Counted from the stretch's first letter, positions 1 through 11,015 are shown. The stretch: DNA of 64,000 nucleotides from an uncultured Bacilli bacterium (GCA_934098505.1 CAKOOR010000002.1:83279-147278); one strand, 5' to 3'. Notes: generated by a model not told the origin, from the sequence alone. Program-made: numbers and translations.

Positions 1-477
1 ATTTTTAGCAGAAGAATCAACGCCAATAACCGGAATATGAATAGTTAAAAGAGAAGGAGCATTTTTTTTGGTGGGACCTACATAGGTAATAGAAATATTA
101 TCTATATCATATGAACCATAATTTAAGTCCCATTTTTCCATCGAACCACTGGGGCCGTATGCTATAAAGCTTTTATTAACATATAGATTTTTAATAGTAT
201 CATTTTTAAATTTGAACTGATAACATGAGTTAGTATTTTCTTGATCTTTTTGATTACAATTTTGAATAAATGTTGTTAAATAATTATTATCATCGATTAA
301 GTCGCCTTCAATAACATTAATAAACGAAGCTCTCGTAAGACTATCTGTATTTCTTTTATTACTTAACATACCTTCATTTTTTAAATCTGATAATAAATTG
401 ACAACAAAAATCATGACTATTGATATGAGAACGAGGCTTACCAACACTTCCATTAAAGTCATACCTTTTTTATTCAT
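1..477 (-). CDS. prepilin-type N-terminal cleavage/methylation domain protein (competence/T2SS pseudopilin-like), partial at window edge
   Basis: The minus-strand ORF starts at ATG 477 and reads MNKKGMTLMEVLVSLVLISIVMIF, a class-III signal with G at -1 and E at +5. Its start overlaps the stop of the upstream pseudopilin gene (ATGA-type coupling). Confidence 0.55.
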   Translation of the reverse strand, partial: MNKKGMTLMEVLVSLVLISIVMIFVVNLLSDLKNEGMLSNKRNTDSLTRASFINVIEGDLIDDNNYLTTFIQNCNQKDQENTNSCYQFKFKNDTIKNLYVNKSFIAYGPSGSMEKWDLNYGSYDIDNISITYVGPTKKNAPSLLTIHIPVIGVDSSAKN

Positions 478-479
478 TT

Positions 480-1196
480 TTATTCCTCCGTATGTAATTT
501 GACACTGTTAAAATAACTTTTTGTCACTTGACGATAGCAAATTTCCTTGTCTTTATCTTTACTTTTAACATAGTTGTTAGGACAACTACCATCTTTATCT
601 AAATTTTTGGACTTTTTGTAGTCAATATAAGAATCTTGATACTCAACAATTAAACGATAACCATCACCAGTACCTGATAAAGTTTTTAGATAATAGTAGA
701 TGTTAGTATTTTGAAGATTATATAGATCTTCCATACTAGCATTACCTTGACAAATATTTTTACCAGTTTTACTAATACATTGTTTTAAGTCATTGACATT
801 ATAATAGGTTATATACATATTAGCAATATTTAAGACACTTTGACCACTAGTAGTACTTAATACTTTGCTACTAAAAAGCATTTTTTCTTTTTCTATTGAA
901 CCTTCAATTGTTAACTTTGCTGCATCATATAAAAAACTATTATCAGGACGCAAAAGAACTATTTTACGATTAGCATCGACTAAATATGTTTTTATATAAT
1001 TACTGATATCTAAAGAATTAAGATAATCTTCAATTAAATAAGTACGATAAAGATAAGAAGTATCATCAAACATAGCTCTTCTTTTTTCGCTTAATAAAAC
1101 ACGAGAAAATGTAATATAAATAGTTAATAAAATAGTTGTTAATATTGTCATAACCATGATAGTTTCTACAAACATAAATCCTTTTTTATTCTTCAT
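480..1196 (-). CDS. prepilin-type N-terminal cleavage/methylation domain protein (minor pseudopilin-like)
   Basis: MKNKKGFMFVETIMVMTIL shows a G|FxxxE prepilin motif followed by a hydrophobic helix. It lies in tandem with a second pseudopilin gene. Confidence 0.6.
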   Translation of the reverse strand: MKNKKGFMFVETIMVMTILTTILLTIYITFSRVLLSEKRRAMFDDTSYLYRTYLIEDYLNSLDISNYIKTYLVDANRKIVLLRPDNSFLYDAAKLTIEGSIEKEKMLFSSKVLSTTSGQSVLNIANMYITYYNVNDLKQCISKTGKNICQGNASMEDLYNLQNTNIYYYLKTLSGTGDGYRLIVEYQDSYIDYKKSKNLDKDGSCPNNYVKSKDKDKEICYRQVTKSYFNSVKLHTEE

Positions 1197-1331
1197 AAAT
1201 CGTCCTTATCTTCTATCAATAGAATAGCATATTTTTAGTAAAAAAAAAAGTAAGTATACATATCTAAGTTAACAATAAGTGTTTTTTTCTTTAATGTATG
1301 TTATTATAATATAAGAAAGGATAGAGGAGTT

Positions 1332-2300
1332 GTGAAAAAAAGTAGTAAAATTGTAATTATAGTCCTAATAATTATAGTAACATTTAGTTTAGGAACTGGT
1401 GGTGGCTATTTACTATTTAAAAACAGGTATGAAAGTAGTAAAAACAATACTTTAGAAAATGATAATAATAATCCAGAAAATAAACAAGATAATTATAATA
1501 ATAGTAAAGATGATAGTACTATTAAAGAAGAAAATATAAGTACGACTGATAATACTGTACAGAAATTATATAATAGGAAAACTAATTTTCATACTACTAG
1601 TAAAGTTACTTATGATACATTAAGTGACCAGTTGAAATTAAGTGTTGATTTAGATGGATTAATGAAAAAAAGCTTTAGTAATTTAGACTATAAAGACATA
1701 TGCGCTAAGTTAAAAAATAGTGGTAATGCAATTATGCAAAATGCATATCAATACTGTTTAAGTGTAGAAGCAAAATATGAAGGTTATGCCGATTTAGTTA
1801 CTTATTATGACTTAGAAGAAGTTAGAAATAATAATATAAAATATTTTAATGAAAGTAACAAGTTACCTAAAACATATGGTTATGTAAATACAGTTTCATT
1901 AGAAGTAGAGAGTCAATGCGGACAAGTAATTCTTCAAGAAAAAGATAATTATTATTTAAGTTATGATTCGCAGTGTGGTTATGGTGGTTTAAATCCTATA
2001 ACCAAAAGAACTTTATTAAAAGCGGTAAAATATGGTGATGAGTTATACATTTATGATAAATTTATTGTTGGCACTTTAAATAATTCAGAAAATAATTATG
2101 TTAATTATGACTTTTATACAGATGATAGTGTTTCTAATAAGGTAACTAGTTATAAATTTAAAGAAACTGATGATGGTAATTATAATATAGAAGTTAATGA
2201 TATATTAAAATATATGAAAACTTTTAAACATACTTATAAATTAAATAGTAATAATGAATATTATTGGGTATCTAGTGAACCTGTTAGTAATATTAATTAA
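1332..2300 (+). CDS. hypothetical membrane-anchored N/D/S-rich protein
   Basis: GTG start, an N-terminal TM helix, then a low-complexity secreted region. No recognisable motif. Confidence 0.45.
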   Translation: MKKSSKIVIIVLIIIVTFSLGTGGGYLLFKNRYESSKNNTLENDNNNPENKQDNYNNSKDDSTIKEENISTTDNTVQKLYNRKTNFHTTSKVTYDTLSDQLKLSVDLDGLMKKSFSNLDYKDICAKLKNSGNAIMQNAYQYCLSVEAKYEGYADLVTYYDLEEVRNNNIKYFNESNKLPKTYGYVNTVSLEVESQCGQVILQEKDNYYLSYDSQCGYGGLNPITKRTLLKAVKYGDELYIYDKFIVGTLNNSENNYVNYDFYTDDSVSNKVTSYKFKETDDGNYNIEVNDILKYMKTFKHTYKLNSNNEYYWVSSEPVSNIN

Positions 2301-2354
2301 TTGAAAAATATCTATTCCCAGTGAGTAGATATTTTATTTTTTCTAATATAGTTG

Positions 2355-4868
2355 TTATAATTTTTTACTTTCTTTGTTAATTAGAGATTTTCTTAACCAA
2401 TCAAAAGGAATAACGCTTAGGGATATCAAAATAACAAATAACAGTTCTTTTACTGTAAGACCGTAAGTTCTAAATAGGTCGCCACCAAAATAGATTAAGT
2501 AAAGTTGAACAATCATAATGCCCGTAAAAATGAAAATAAATGGTTTATTTTTGGTAATGTTAGCTAGAATATTTAAACGGGTGGTTCTGGCATTTAGGGC
2601 ATTAAATAAAGCTGAAAAAATAAAGATAGCAAAGTAAGCAGTGTATAGATAACGGTAGTCACTAGAGTAACGGATAAAGTTATAAATAAAATTAGATTTT
2701 AAAAAGAAGATGCCTAAAAAAGAAGTATAAAGACCGGTAAACAATATTTCTTTGAACATATAACTATTAATTATCGGGATTGCCTTGGTCTTAGGAGGTT
2801 CTAACATATATTCTAAAAGAGGTGGCTCACTTGCAAAAGCAATACCTGCTAAAGTATCCATAATCATATTTATCCAAAGCATTTGAATTACGGTAACAGG
2901 AGTAGTTATATCAAATATAGGACCTAAAATAGCCATCAACATTGCGCAAATATTAACGGTTAATTGAAATATAATAAATTTACGAATGCTTTTAAAGATA
3001 GTTCGACCAAAAAGAATAGCTTTAGTTATCGATTTAATATTATCATCTAAGATAATTATGTCACTAGCTTCTTTCGCTACTTCGGTGCCAGAACCCATTG
3101 CAAAACCTACGTCAGCAGTCTTTAAAGCCCCAGCGTCATTAATGCCATCACCTGTCATACCGACTATTAAATCCATATTTTGAAGGATTTTAACCATTCG
3201 ACTTTTATCTTTTGGTAAAGAGCGCGCTATTACTTTAATGCGACTATAAAGAGTACTTATTTCTTCATCAGATAAATTATTAAATTCTTTGCTAGTTAAG
3301 GCTAAATCATTTTTACCAGTTATAATGCCTGTTTCTTTGGCAATGGAAGTAGCGGTATCAATGTTATCGCCAGTTATCATTATGACATTTATACCTGCTT
3401 GATGTAAAATATTAATTGAGGGAACGGTTGTTGAACGAACTGTATCTTTAATAATTAGGTAGCCAAGATAAGCGGGAAAATTACTATGTTTATCTTGGCA
3501 AGTCAAAAAAATTATACGAGAACCAGTCTTAGCTTCGTTATCAATATTTTTACTTATTATTTCTTTATTATGAAGGACTTGACGATTACCATTATTATCT
3601 AAATAATATAGACACTTGTCTAATAAAACTTCTTTAGCACCTTTATAATAAGTTATTCCATTATCAAGAGTTACAGAACTATATTTATCTTTACTATCAA
3701 AAAGTTTTTTGGAAATAATTTGCTGTTGTGAAGCAGGTTTTTTAATATATTTTAAAATGGCTTTATCAGTCTGATTGCCACCTGTAATTTCGTTATCACT
3801 GTTATAAAATGAAGAATTATTATAATAAAGATTGTTAGCAATTTCCATTTGTAATTTAGGAGAAAGGGTATTTAAATTAGTTATTTTGCGATTTAAAGGA
3901 GTAATAAAACTTGTTACTTTAAGATTACCTTCAGTTAAGGTACCGGTTTTATCAGTTAATAGACAGTTTATATTGCCACTGGTTTCAATACCTATAAGTT
4001 TTCTAACTAGAACATTATCTTTTAACATTCTTTTCATATTAGATGACAAAACTAGAGTAACCATAAGAGGAAGGCCTTCAGGAACGGTAACTACGATTAC
4101 AGTCATGCTTAAAGTTAGAGAATAAAGAATATTATTAAGACTAAAATTTTTAGTAGTTAAAAGATAAACTAAGGCGACTATTATGGCGCCAACATATCCA
4201 AAGATACTAATGATTTTAGCTAAATGTGTAAGACGTGATTTGAGGGGACTGATTGTTGGGGGAATTTGGATATCCTTAGCTAGTCCGCCAATCAAAGTGT
4301 TATCACCAACCTTATCGACTTTCATTTTAGCTTCACCTTCATAACAAATAGTGGAAGAATAAACGTACTGTCCACGCGTTTTTTCTTTATCTTTGGTTTC
4401 ACCGTTGATACTGGCTTCATTAACTGATATTTTTCCATCGACAATATAACCGTCAGCTGGAATACTATTACCACTAGAAATTAAAACAATATCTCCAACT
4501 ACAACTTCGGTTACGCTTATCGTTTCAAGTTTACCATTTCGTAAGACATTGCATTTCTTTTTACTAGCTTCTTCCTCTAAGCGATTAAAGGCTTCTTCAC
4601 TACCATACTCAGCAAAAGAGCCAATCGTAGAAGCTAATATTATAGCAATCAAAATGCCAATAGTTTCAAACCAATCATTATTCTTAAATAAAAAAACAAT
4701 CTTAAACACTAAGACAATAATAAGAATTTTAATAATCGGATCACCTAGTGACTCTAAAATTAGGGAAAATAAGGTCTTCTTCTTTACTTTTGTTAAAGTA
4801 TTACTTCCATATTTATTACGATTTTGAATAACTTCTTTATTTGTTAATCCGTTCATACATGCACCCAT
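2355..4868 (-). CDS. cation-transporting P-type ATPase, P2-type (Ca2+-ATPase/YloB-like)
   Basis: The DKTGTLT phosphorylation motif, PEGLP in TM4, the MITGDN and GDGINDAGALKTADVGFAMG hinge motifs, 837 aa. Confidence 0.85.
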   Translation of the reverse strand: MGACMNGLTNKEVIQNRNKYGSNTLTKVKKKTLFSLILESLGDPIIKILIIVLVFKIVFLFKNNDWFETIGILIAIILASTIGSFAEYGSEEAFNRLEEEASKKKCNVLRNGKLETISVTEVVVGDIVLISSGNSIPADGYIVDGKISVNEASINGETKDKEKTRGQYVYSSTICYEGEAKMKVDKVGDNTLIGGLAKDIQIPPTISPLKSRLTHLAKIISIFGYVGAIIVALVYLLTTKNFSLNNILYSLTLSMTVIVVTVPEGLPLMVTLVLSSNMKRMLKDNVLVRKLIGIETSGNINCLLTDKTGTLTEGNLKVTSFITPLNRKITNLNTLSPKLQMEIANNLYYNNSSFYNSDNEITGGNQTDKAILKYIKKPASQQQIISKKLFDSKDKYSSVTLDNGITYYKGAKEVLLDKCLYYLDNNGNRQVLHNKEIISKNIDNEAKTGSRIIFLTCQDKHSNFPAYLGYLIIKDTVRSTTVPSINILHQAGINVIMITGDNIDTATSIAKETGIITGKNDLALTSKEFNNLSDEEISTLYSRIKVIARSLPKDKSRMVKILQNMDLIVGMTGDGINDAGALKTADVGFAMGSGTEVAKEASDIIILDDNIKSITKAILFGRTIFKSIRKFIIFQLTVNICAMLMAILGPIFDITTPVTVIQMLWINMIMDTLAGIAFASEPPLLEYMLEPPKTKAIPIINSYMFKEILFTGLYTSFLGIFFLKSNFIYNFIRYSSDYRYLYTAYFAIFIFSALFNALNARTTRLNILANITKNKPFIFIFTGIMIVQLYLIYFGGDLFRTYGLTVKELLFVILISLSVIPFDWLRKSLINKESKKL

Positions 4869-5089
4869 TTAATAGTATGAATTTTCAAACTTAGATATGA
4901 AAAATATTAATATAGTGCTGCATTTATGATTTAAAAATCAAAAATAGTTGTAAAATTAATTGAAAGTAAAAAGCTATTATAAAATCGCTTATGAAAAGGA
5001 TATTATTTCTTCAAATGATAATAAGTAGTAGGGAAGATTTATTAAAAAATTTATAAAATCACTTTCGTTTATAAATTAACTAATTGATA

Positions 5090-5728
5090 TTAAGATAGAA
5101 AATCATTATATTTTTGTTTTATTCTTTTGAAAATATTATTTATAGATAGAGGATTTTCTTCTTTTTGTTTTACTTGAAGCCAACTTGGCAACTGCGTGCT
5201 AGTTATTTTTATGCTTTTTAACAGTTCCTCTAAGGCGTTATAATTATCATTATTAGAATCTTTAGCACAATCCAAAGGAATAGTAACATTTTTACCACTT
5301 TTCTGATGAATTTTTATATTTTCTGTTGATAAAATAACGCCACAAGTATTGGTAGTGTCTACAACTTTTAGAGGCTTGAATTTAAGAAAATCTTTAATAT
5401 TTTCAAGATTGGCAAATAAGCGATTTAAATGATTAGTCGCGTTAAAAATATTAATTTTTAAATCTTCATCGTTACTGATATAAATAAAGCCTTTATCTTT
5501 TTGAACTATTGTTAGCTCTTGCCAATAATGACGATTAGCATCATCATCATAATTTTTGACAAATAAAGATATTTCTTTTTTAGCTAAATTTATTTTTTTA
5601 AAAATAACTATTTCTAGGCCTAAATCATTAGCCAAAAAATTAGCATATTTTTTGTAAATTGTGACTTTAGTTGCTGATAAATTTTTCAAAGTATTATACA
5701 CTTCATATAAGCTTATTTCTTGTTCCAT
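5090..5728 (-). CDS. hypothetical protein
   Basis: Intact 212-aa ORF with coding-like composition. No motif recognised. Confidence 0.4.
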   Translation of the reverse strand: MEQEISLYEVYNTLKNLSATKVTIYKKYANFLANDLGLEIVIFKKINLAKKEISLFVKNYDDDANRHYWQELTIVQKDKGFIYISNDEDLKINIFNATNHLNRLFANLENIKDFLKFKPLKVVDTTNTCGVILSTENIKIHQKSGKNVTIPLDCAKDSNNDNYNALEELLKSIKITSTQLPSWLQVKQKEENPLSINNIFKRIKQKYNDFLS

Positions 5729-5890
5729 ATTGTTCCTTTACATTGTTATTTCATTTATTATACAGTTAAAAATTACCAAAATCATTTATATTAAAGCCAG
5801 ATTATATTAAAAGTACTCTTAAATGCTTTTATAATTTTTACATGTAATAATTATTATCATATCATACCACAAAGGAAATTTGCGGAAAAT

Positions 5891-6382
5891 TTATTTTAAA
5901 TCACTTATGTTTGTTAATTTATTAAAAACTAATTCTTTAGCAGCGTCATAGCTAATTTGCATAGCATAGGCTATTTCGTTAAATAAAAATTGTTCAGCTA
6001 ACTCTTGACAACTTGTATCTTTGTCGCTTAAATGTTTGTGATTACTTTTTCTAATTTCATTTCTTATATAGGTAGTCTTAATTATCTTGATTAGATCTTC
6101 AATAGTTTTTCCTTGTAATAAAACTTTATACTGTTCTTCTAAATTACGTTCATTAATATCTAGGGGTGGTATATTATTAATATTATCTAAAGTACTTGTT
6201 ATTTCTTCAAAAGTTGCTAAAGGTCTTAATAATAGATGCTCTTGCGATACCGGAACACTGACTATTAATGAAGAATCTTCTTTATTTTCTAAAGTATAAT
6301 AATCTTGATTATTTATTTTTTTTAAGTTTTTGATTTTGCAAACTTCTCTTTTATATATAACATAATCATTAATTTTGTACAT
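5891..6382 (-). CDS. CarD/CdnL/TRCF-family RNA-polymerase-binding regulator (YdeB-like)
   Basis: N-terminus MYKINDYVIYK...YYTLE...IVSVPVSQ matches the CarD_TRCF Tudor-like domain (B. subtilis YdeB YYVIRMP...MVPVSQ). Confidence 0.55.
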   Translation of the reverse strand: MYKINDYVIYKREVCKIKNLKKINNQDYYTLENKEDSSLIVSVPVSQEHLLLRPLATFEEITSTLDNINNIPPLDINERNLEEQYKVLLQGKTIEDLIKIIKTTYIRNEIRKSNHKHLSDKDTSCQELAEQFLFNEIAYAMQISYDAAKELVFNKLTNISDLK

Positions 6383-6549
6383 TTTGTAGTTCCTCCATAG
6401 ATTTTACAGTCTTATATTTATTATACCTTTTTTTAAAATTTATTTCTAATTAAATTTACTAATTTAGGGATATTTTCTAATTCTTTGGTCAATATGTATT
6501 TGTTATTTTAAATTTTTTTGATAAAATTAGTTAGGAAAGTAGGGCAGTT

Positions 6550-7455
6550 ATGACAAAGCGAAAAAGTAATAAAAAAGTTAATGCATTAATCTATTTTTGT
6601 TTAGGTCTATTGGTTTTATTAATTGGTTATTTTACAACTAGTTCTGATAATATATCGAGTAATTATGATAATAATTCTAGTAACAATGATAATAGTGAAG
6701 TTTTAGTTTATTTTATTGATGTTGGTCAAGCTGATGCCATATATATTAAGGATGGTAACAGTAATATGATGATTGATGCTGGGAATAATGCGGATGGCAA
6801 GCTTTTAGTTAAGTATTTACAGTCTTTAAATGTCGATGGATTCAAATATATCGTGGGAACTCATGCTCACGAAGATCATATTGGTGGTATGGATGATATT
6901 ATTAACAATTTTAAAATTGATAATTTCTATATGCCAGAAGCCATTAGTACAAGTAAAACCTTTGAAGATGTTTTGGATGCTTTAGATAATAAGAAAGTTA
7001 CTTTTCAGACACCTAAAATAGGAGATAAATTTACTCTAGAAAAAGCAAGTTTTGAAGTTTTAAGTATTGGTACAGATATTAGTGATTTAAATGATACTTC
7101 GCTAGTCTTAAAAATGACTTATAATACTACTTGTGTTTTATTTATGGGCGATGCTTCAAGTAACGTTGAAAAAAACTTGTTAGACAAAGATATTAATTGT
7201 CAAGTTTTGAAAGTTGGTCATCATGGTTCTAGATACTCAAGTAGTGAAGAATTTATTAAAAAAGTTAAACCAACCTATGGAATTATAATGGTAGGTAAGG
7301 ATAATAAATATGGTCATCCAACGAAGAAAGCATTAGATATTTTAGAAAAATATCAAGTTAATATTCATCGAACTGATCAAGAAGGTACTATCTTAATGCA
7401 TTTAAAAGGTCATGATATTTCTTTTGAAAACTTTCAAACAGGAACGAATGGTTAA
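6550..7455 (+). CDS. MBL-fold metallo-hydrolase, ComEC/Rec2 beta-lactamase-like domain, membrane anchored
   Basis: VYFIDVGQADAIYI...THAHEDHIGG (HxHxDH) and GHHGS motifs. N-terminal TM segment. Confidence 0.7.
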   Translation: MTKRKSNKKVNALIYFCLGLLVLLIGYFTTSSDNISSNYDNNSSNNDNSEVLVYFIDVGQADAIYIKDGNSNMMIDAGNNADGKLLVKYLQSLNVDGFKYIVGTHAHEDHIGGMDDIINNFKIDNFYMPEAISTSKTFEDVLDALDNKKVTFQTPKIGDKFTLEKASFEVLSIGTDISDLNDTSLVLKMTYNTTCVLFMGDASSNVEKNLLDKDINCQVLKVGHHGSRYSSSEEFIKKVKPTYGIIMVGKDNKYGHPTKKALDILEKYQVNIHRTDQEGTILMHLKGHDISFENFQTGTNG

Positions 7456-7457
7456 TT

Positions 7458-7688
7458 ATGAAGTATAGTGTTGATGAGATTATTGATAATGTTATTAAAT
7501 TAGAAAATTTAGAAACTAGAGAAATAATTTATTTAAATCAAAGTGATTTGGATTTTAAGGTGTTAGAAAATGATATTTTATTTTATAAAGATGGTAAGTA
7601 TTATAAAGATGAAAAAGTTAAGAATGACCGAATAAAAATGTTAAAAGAGAAATTAGAAAGATTAAAAAATTCACAGTTTAAAGAGTGA
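7458..7688 (+). CDS. small hypothetical protein, translationally coupled to the MBL hydrolase gene
   Basis: Its ATG overlaps the upstream stop (TAATTATG). 76 aa, charged. Confidence 0.35.
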   Translation: MKYSVDEIIDNVIKLENLETREIIYLNQSDLDFKVLENDILFYKDGKYYKDEKVKNDRIKMLKEKLERLKNSQFKE

Positions 7689-7774
7689 GTTTTTTTATTT
7701 TTAATTTAAAATATAATGTGACTAATTGTATCTTATACCATTTTTTGGTAAAATTATAAGTAGTAGGAGAGTTT

Positions 7775-8206
7775 ATGAATGAATTTAAGGCTAAATTAAA
7801 AGAAAATAAAAAGAAGAATGAAATATTAATGTCATATTATGAATCTTTCTTAAGAAAAAAGCATTTAGATCCTTATGTTCTTCGTAAGTATTGTTTTAAC
7901 GTTGCTTTCTTTATCTATATATATTTAACTCAGGATGATGTAATTATTCCTGCAGTTGAAGGATATAAAGCATTAAAGGATTTTCCGTATTATTTTATGA
8001 CAAAATATACTTGGACTTCCCTCCGTAATTATGAAAGTGGTATTTATAGTATTGATTTATTCTATAAATGTCTGTATAAAATGGATATGATAACAAAAGA
8101 TGAATACAAGATTGTTAGTGATTTTCGCAAAAAAGACGTTCCTAAGTTTTTAGCCAAATATCAATTTATGGGACAAGCTTATCTCGATGATTTTATAATT
8201 GATTAA
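7775..8206 (+). CDS. hypothetical protein
   Basis: 143-aa ORF. An RBS-like AGGAG lies upstream. Confidence 0.4.
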   Translation: MNEFKAKLKENKKKNEILMSYYESFLRKKHLDPYVLRKYCFNVAFFIYIYLTQDDVIIPAVEGYKALKDFPYYFMTKYTWTSLRNYESGIYSIDLFYKCLYKMDMITKDEYKIVSDFRKKDVPKFLAKYQFMGQAYLDDFIID

Positions 8207-8277
8207 AAAGTATAATTTCAATGGAATGATTATAAAATATTTAATATCTAAATTAGATAATTAAAGATAGTAAATTT

Positions 8278-8325
8278 AAAAAACTACTAGGTAATTTAAT
8301 AAAGCTTCTTAGTAGTTTTTATTTG
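8278..8325. terminator. bidirectional rho-independent terminator between convergent genes
   Basis: aaactactagg...cttagtagttttt forms a hairpin with T-runs on both sides. Confidence 0.45.
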
Positions 8326-8439
8326 TTTTTATCCATAATATTAATATCTTTTTCTATTCTTTTTAATTTATTAATTATTTCTTGATCAGTAAGATTTAAG
8401 CAAAATAATCAAAAAAATTATATGGACATTTAAAAAAAC

Positions 8440-8961
8440 TCACAAGTCATCTTGTGAATTATTTATTAAACAAGCAATATAAGTAGAATAATTACTAAAT
8501 ATTATATGTTTATTATTAACTTTAAACTCTTTATTACCAAAGATATATAACTTAGGAATATTATCTAAATAAAAATTTAAACCATTAATATCTATATTAT
8601 AAGTAATATTGTTAACTATATAATAAAGTGAATTATTATTATAAATTAAATATTTTTTATCTTTATCTAACAAGTCATTTATGGATAAAACTTTATTTAA
8701 AGTAAGGTTTAATTTTTCAAATAAATAGTTATAGTAAACTATTTCTTTAGGTAAAGCTTGATAATTTAAATAAACATCAATAGGATAATAAATTATTGAA
8801 GATATTAATTTATGGTCTTTTAAGAATTTTTTAAAATCTTTTAGAAATATAGTTTCTTCTATAATATTACCATTACTTATACTAGGAGAAGTAAAAGTAA
8901 TTATTTTATCTTTAATAATTTGAATTTCGTTATCATTAAGATAGATAATTAGTTTAGTCAT
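8440..8961 (-). CDS. hypothetical protein, co-transcribed with spoIIQ-like gene
   Basis: 8-nt overlap with the upstream gene. A hairpin tcacaag-N5-cttgtga plus a T-run follows its stop. Confidence 0.4.
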   Translation of the reverse strand: MTKLIIYLNDNEIQIIKDKIITFTSPSISNGNIIEETIFLKDFKKFLKDHKLISSIIYYPIDVYLNYQALPKEIVYYNYLFEKLNLTLNKVLSINDLLDKDKKYLIYNNNSLYYIVNNITYNIDINGLNFYLDNIPKLYIFGNKEFKVNNKHIIFSNYSTYIACLINNSQDDL

Positions 8962-9616
8962 TATTCATTACTTCAGTATAATCAAGTAAATAAAATTCTT
9001 CTGGATTAAAAACTTCGCCTTTATAGAATACTTCAAAATGAAGGGCATTGCTTGTATCAGTTGTTATTTTATTTTGACCGCTAGTAGCAATTATATCGCC
9101 TTGTTTTACTGTATCGCCAACTTTAACTTTAACTTCACCTAAACTTTGATAAACCGTTGTTAAGTTATTAGTATGTTCAATTTCAACAATATTACCCATT
9201 AAACTATCTTCTTTAATATTTTTAACGGTACCATCTAGTATGGATACAACGTCAAAAGTATTATTAGAAGTATATAAAACACCAGTGTTTTGCATATAAA
9301 TACCTTCATAGTAGATTAGTGCGGCTGCTTGTTCATCATTGGTACCATCTATATTATAATAAGGAATGGTCGCACTGACATCGGTGCTAGTATATGGTCT
9401 TATAATAGTTTTAGATTCGCTGATAGTAGGAGTTATATTAGTATCATCTTGATTATTATTTACTTCACTAGTATTGTCTTTAGGAGTGGGATTAACTACT
9501 GGAACACCTGCGGTTAAAATTTGATACATTTTATAACTACTAAACACGATTGTACATACTAACATTAAGCATATTGTTGGAATAACATATTTTCTTAATC
9601 TTCTTCTCTTTTTCAT
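8954..9616 (-). CDS. spoIIQ: stage II sporulation protein Q-like (M23/LytM domain forespore protein)
   Basis: The C-terminal LytM domain (TVYQSLGEVKVKVGDTVKQGDIIATSGQN...ALHFEVF) closely parallels B. subtilis SpoIIQ (TVYQSLSEVSVEQGDKVKQ...HVHFEI). An N-terminal TM anchor is present. Confidence 0.6.
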   Translation of the reverse strand: MKKRRRLRKYVIPTICLMLVCTIVFSSYKMYQILTAGVPVVNPTPKDNTSEVNNNQDDTNITPTISESKTIIRPYTSTDVSATIPYYNIDGTNDEQAAALIYYEGIYMQNTGVLYTSNNTFDVVSILDGTVKNIKEDSLMGNIVEIEHTNNLTTVYQSLGEVKVKVGDTVKQGDIIATSGQNKITTDTSNALHFEVFYKGEVFNPEEFYLLDYTEVMNND

Positions 9617-9736
9617 AAATTCACCTTTCTATTAAAAAGTGTGAACTAAAAAGATGATTTTATACATTTAATTTACAATTTTTGTTAATTAGAAGAAAAA
9701 GTTCTAATGACTGCGATTAGGACTAGTTGCTTCATT

Positions 9737-9850
9737 CTATTTATTTATTCGCATATGCTCAATTTCTTCAATAGAAAGTCCAGTTATTTTGGATGTGGTT
9801 TCATTATCTAAACCTAGGTTAATGGCATTTTTAATCATTAATTTCTGGTC
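9737..9850 (-). pseudogene. C-terminal remnant of an Rpn/YhgA-like (Transposase_31, PD-(D/E)XK) recombination nuclease
   Basis: The 34-codon fragment ...IKNAINLGLDNETTSKITGLSIEEIEHM matches the C-terminal GL..EQI..TGLSIEEI signature of the intact Rpn gene at 56507-57442. It is preceded by an in-frame stop. Confidence 0.35.
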
Positions 9851-10004
9851 ATTATTTAGATGTAGTTAAAATTACTCTCTCTAATTATATTTATTGGCAA
9901 CAGAAGTCCAATTTCCTTCTTTTTTAAATAAATTTTTTCTAAAGATTACAAATTTCTTTTAATTTTGACTATCCTGACACAATTCTTATAAAACATACTA
10001 TTCT

Positions 10005-10036
10005 GGGAGTGGTGGGTGGGAAGTAATAATAATTTT
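10005..10036 (+). repeat. G-rich dispersed repeat copy A (GGGAGTGGTGGGTGGGAAGTAATAATAATT)
   Basis: One of four ~30-bp near-identical copies in the window. A TATACT -10-like hexamer lies ~50 bp downstream. Confidence 0.7.
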
Positions 10037-10062
10037 ATAAGCCCTAAAAAAAGAATATAAAT

Positions 10063-10974
10063 TTAAATCTTATACTCTTCAATAGTTACCCCTTGGTAAT
10101 AATACTCCAAAATATCTTTATAATTAGAACCTTCTTTAGCCATAGCATTCGCACCATATTGACTCATACCAACACCATGACCATAACCTTTTGTCGTAAA
10201 AATAATATTACCATTTTCCTCAGTAATTGAAAAATCAGTAGATCGAAGACCGAATAATTTACGAATTTCAATACCAGTAAAAGTCTTTTCATTAATAGAT
10301 ATAGTTTCTACACGATTAGAATAGTCATTTGTAATTTTTTTTATATTAAGACGAGTACAATCAATATTTAAAGTAGCGCAAAACTCACTTTTAGATATTT
10401 TTTTAGTCACAAGAAACTTAGTAGTATTTTCATTATCCATAGTAGGCATTATGGTATTTAGGTAAGGTAAGTCTTCATTAAATACACTTAAAGACGTAGT
10501 TGTATAACCGTTACTCATCGCATAAAAGTAGGACTTTATTAACTGATTATCAAAAGTCATTACTTGATTTTTAGTAAGATTAACAGCCTGTTTTATTTTA
10601 TTTAAATATGTATAATAATTCTCTTGCCATTTACTTTGCAATTCTTCCAAAGTACTGTAAGCCTGATCACCAGTCGTCACATAACCCCGAGTATTTTCTT
10701 CATAAAGGGCAAAAGTTCTGCTAGCAACCGCTTGAGATTTTAAAGCTTCGATATCAAAAAGAGCTGGAACTTCTGCGCCAACTACACTTACTAAATACTC
10801 TTCTAAAGGTATTTGCTTTTTTTCATTATTTATTAATAAATCAATATAGATTTCTTGCTTTTTTGAAATTTCATTAGGATTACTTTGATTAGTAGGAGAT
10901 ATCTGCTTAAATAATATAAAAACTGTAATAGGTAAAAGAATTGCGATAATGCTAAGTAAGATTTTATTCTTCAT
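10063..10974 (-). CDS. spoIID: SpoIID/LytB domain protein (stage II sporulation protein D)
   Basis: GYGHGVGMSQYGANAMA is the SpoIID signature. N-terminal TM. Confidence 0.8.
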   Translation of the reverse strand: MKNKILLSIIAILLPITVFILFKQISPTNQSNPNEISKKQEIYIDLLINNEKKQIPLEEYLVSVVGAEVPALFDIEALKSQAVASRTFALYEENTRGYVTTGDQAYSTLEELQSKWQENYYTYLNKIKQAVNLTKNQVMTFDNQLIKSYFYAMSNGYTTTSLSVFNEDLPYLNTIMPTMDNENTTKFLVTKKISKSEFCATLNIDCTRLNIKKITNDYSNRVETISINEKTFTGIEIRKLFGLRSTDFSITEENGNIIFTTKGYGHGVGMSQYGANAMAKEGSNYKDILEYYYQGVTIEEYKI

Positions 10975-11015
10975 AGATTCTCCTTAAATAACGCCTTTTT
11001 AGAAATAAAGGTGTT

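Noticed and set aside
2986-4827. Plus-strand ORFs of 65-97 aa (2986-3183, 3832-4125, 4549-4827) inside the P-type ATPase gene
   Set aside because: They are antisense to a well-supported 837-aa gene. They have no RBS. They are reading-frame shadows, typical of AT-rich DNA.
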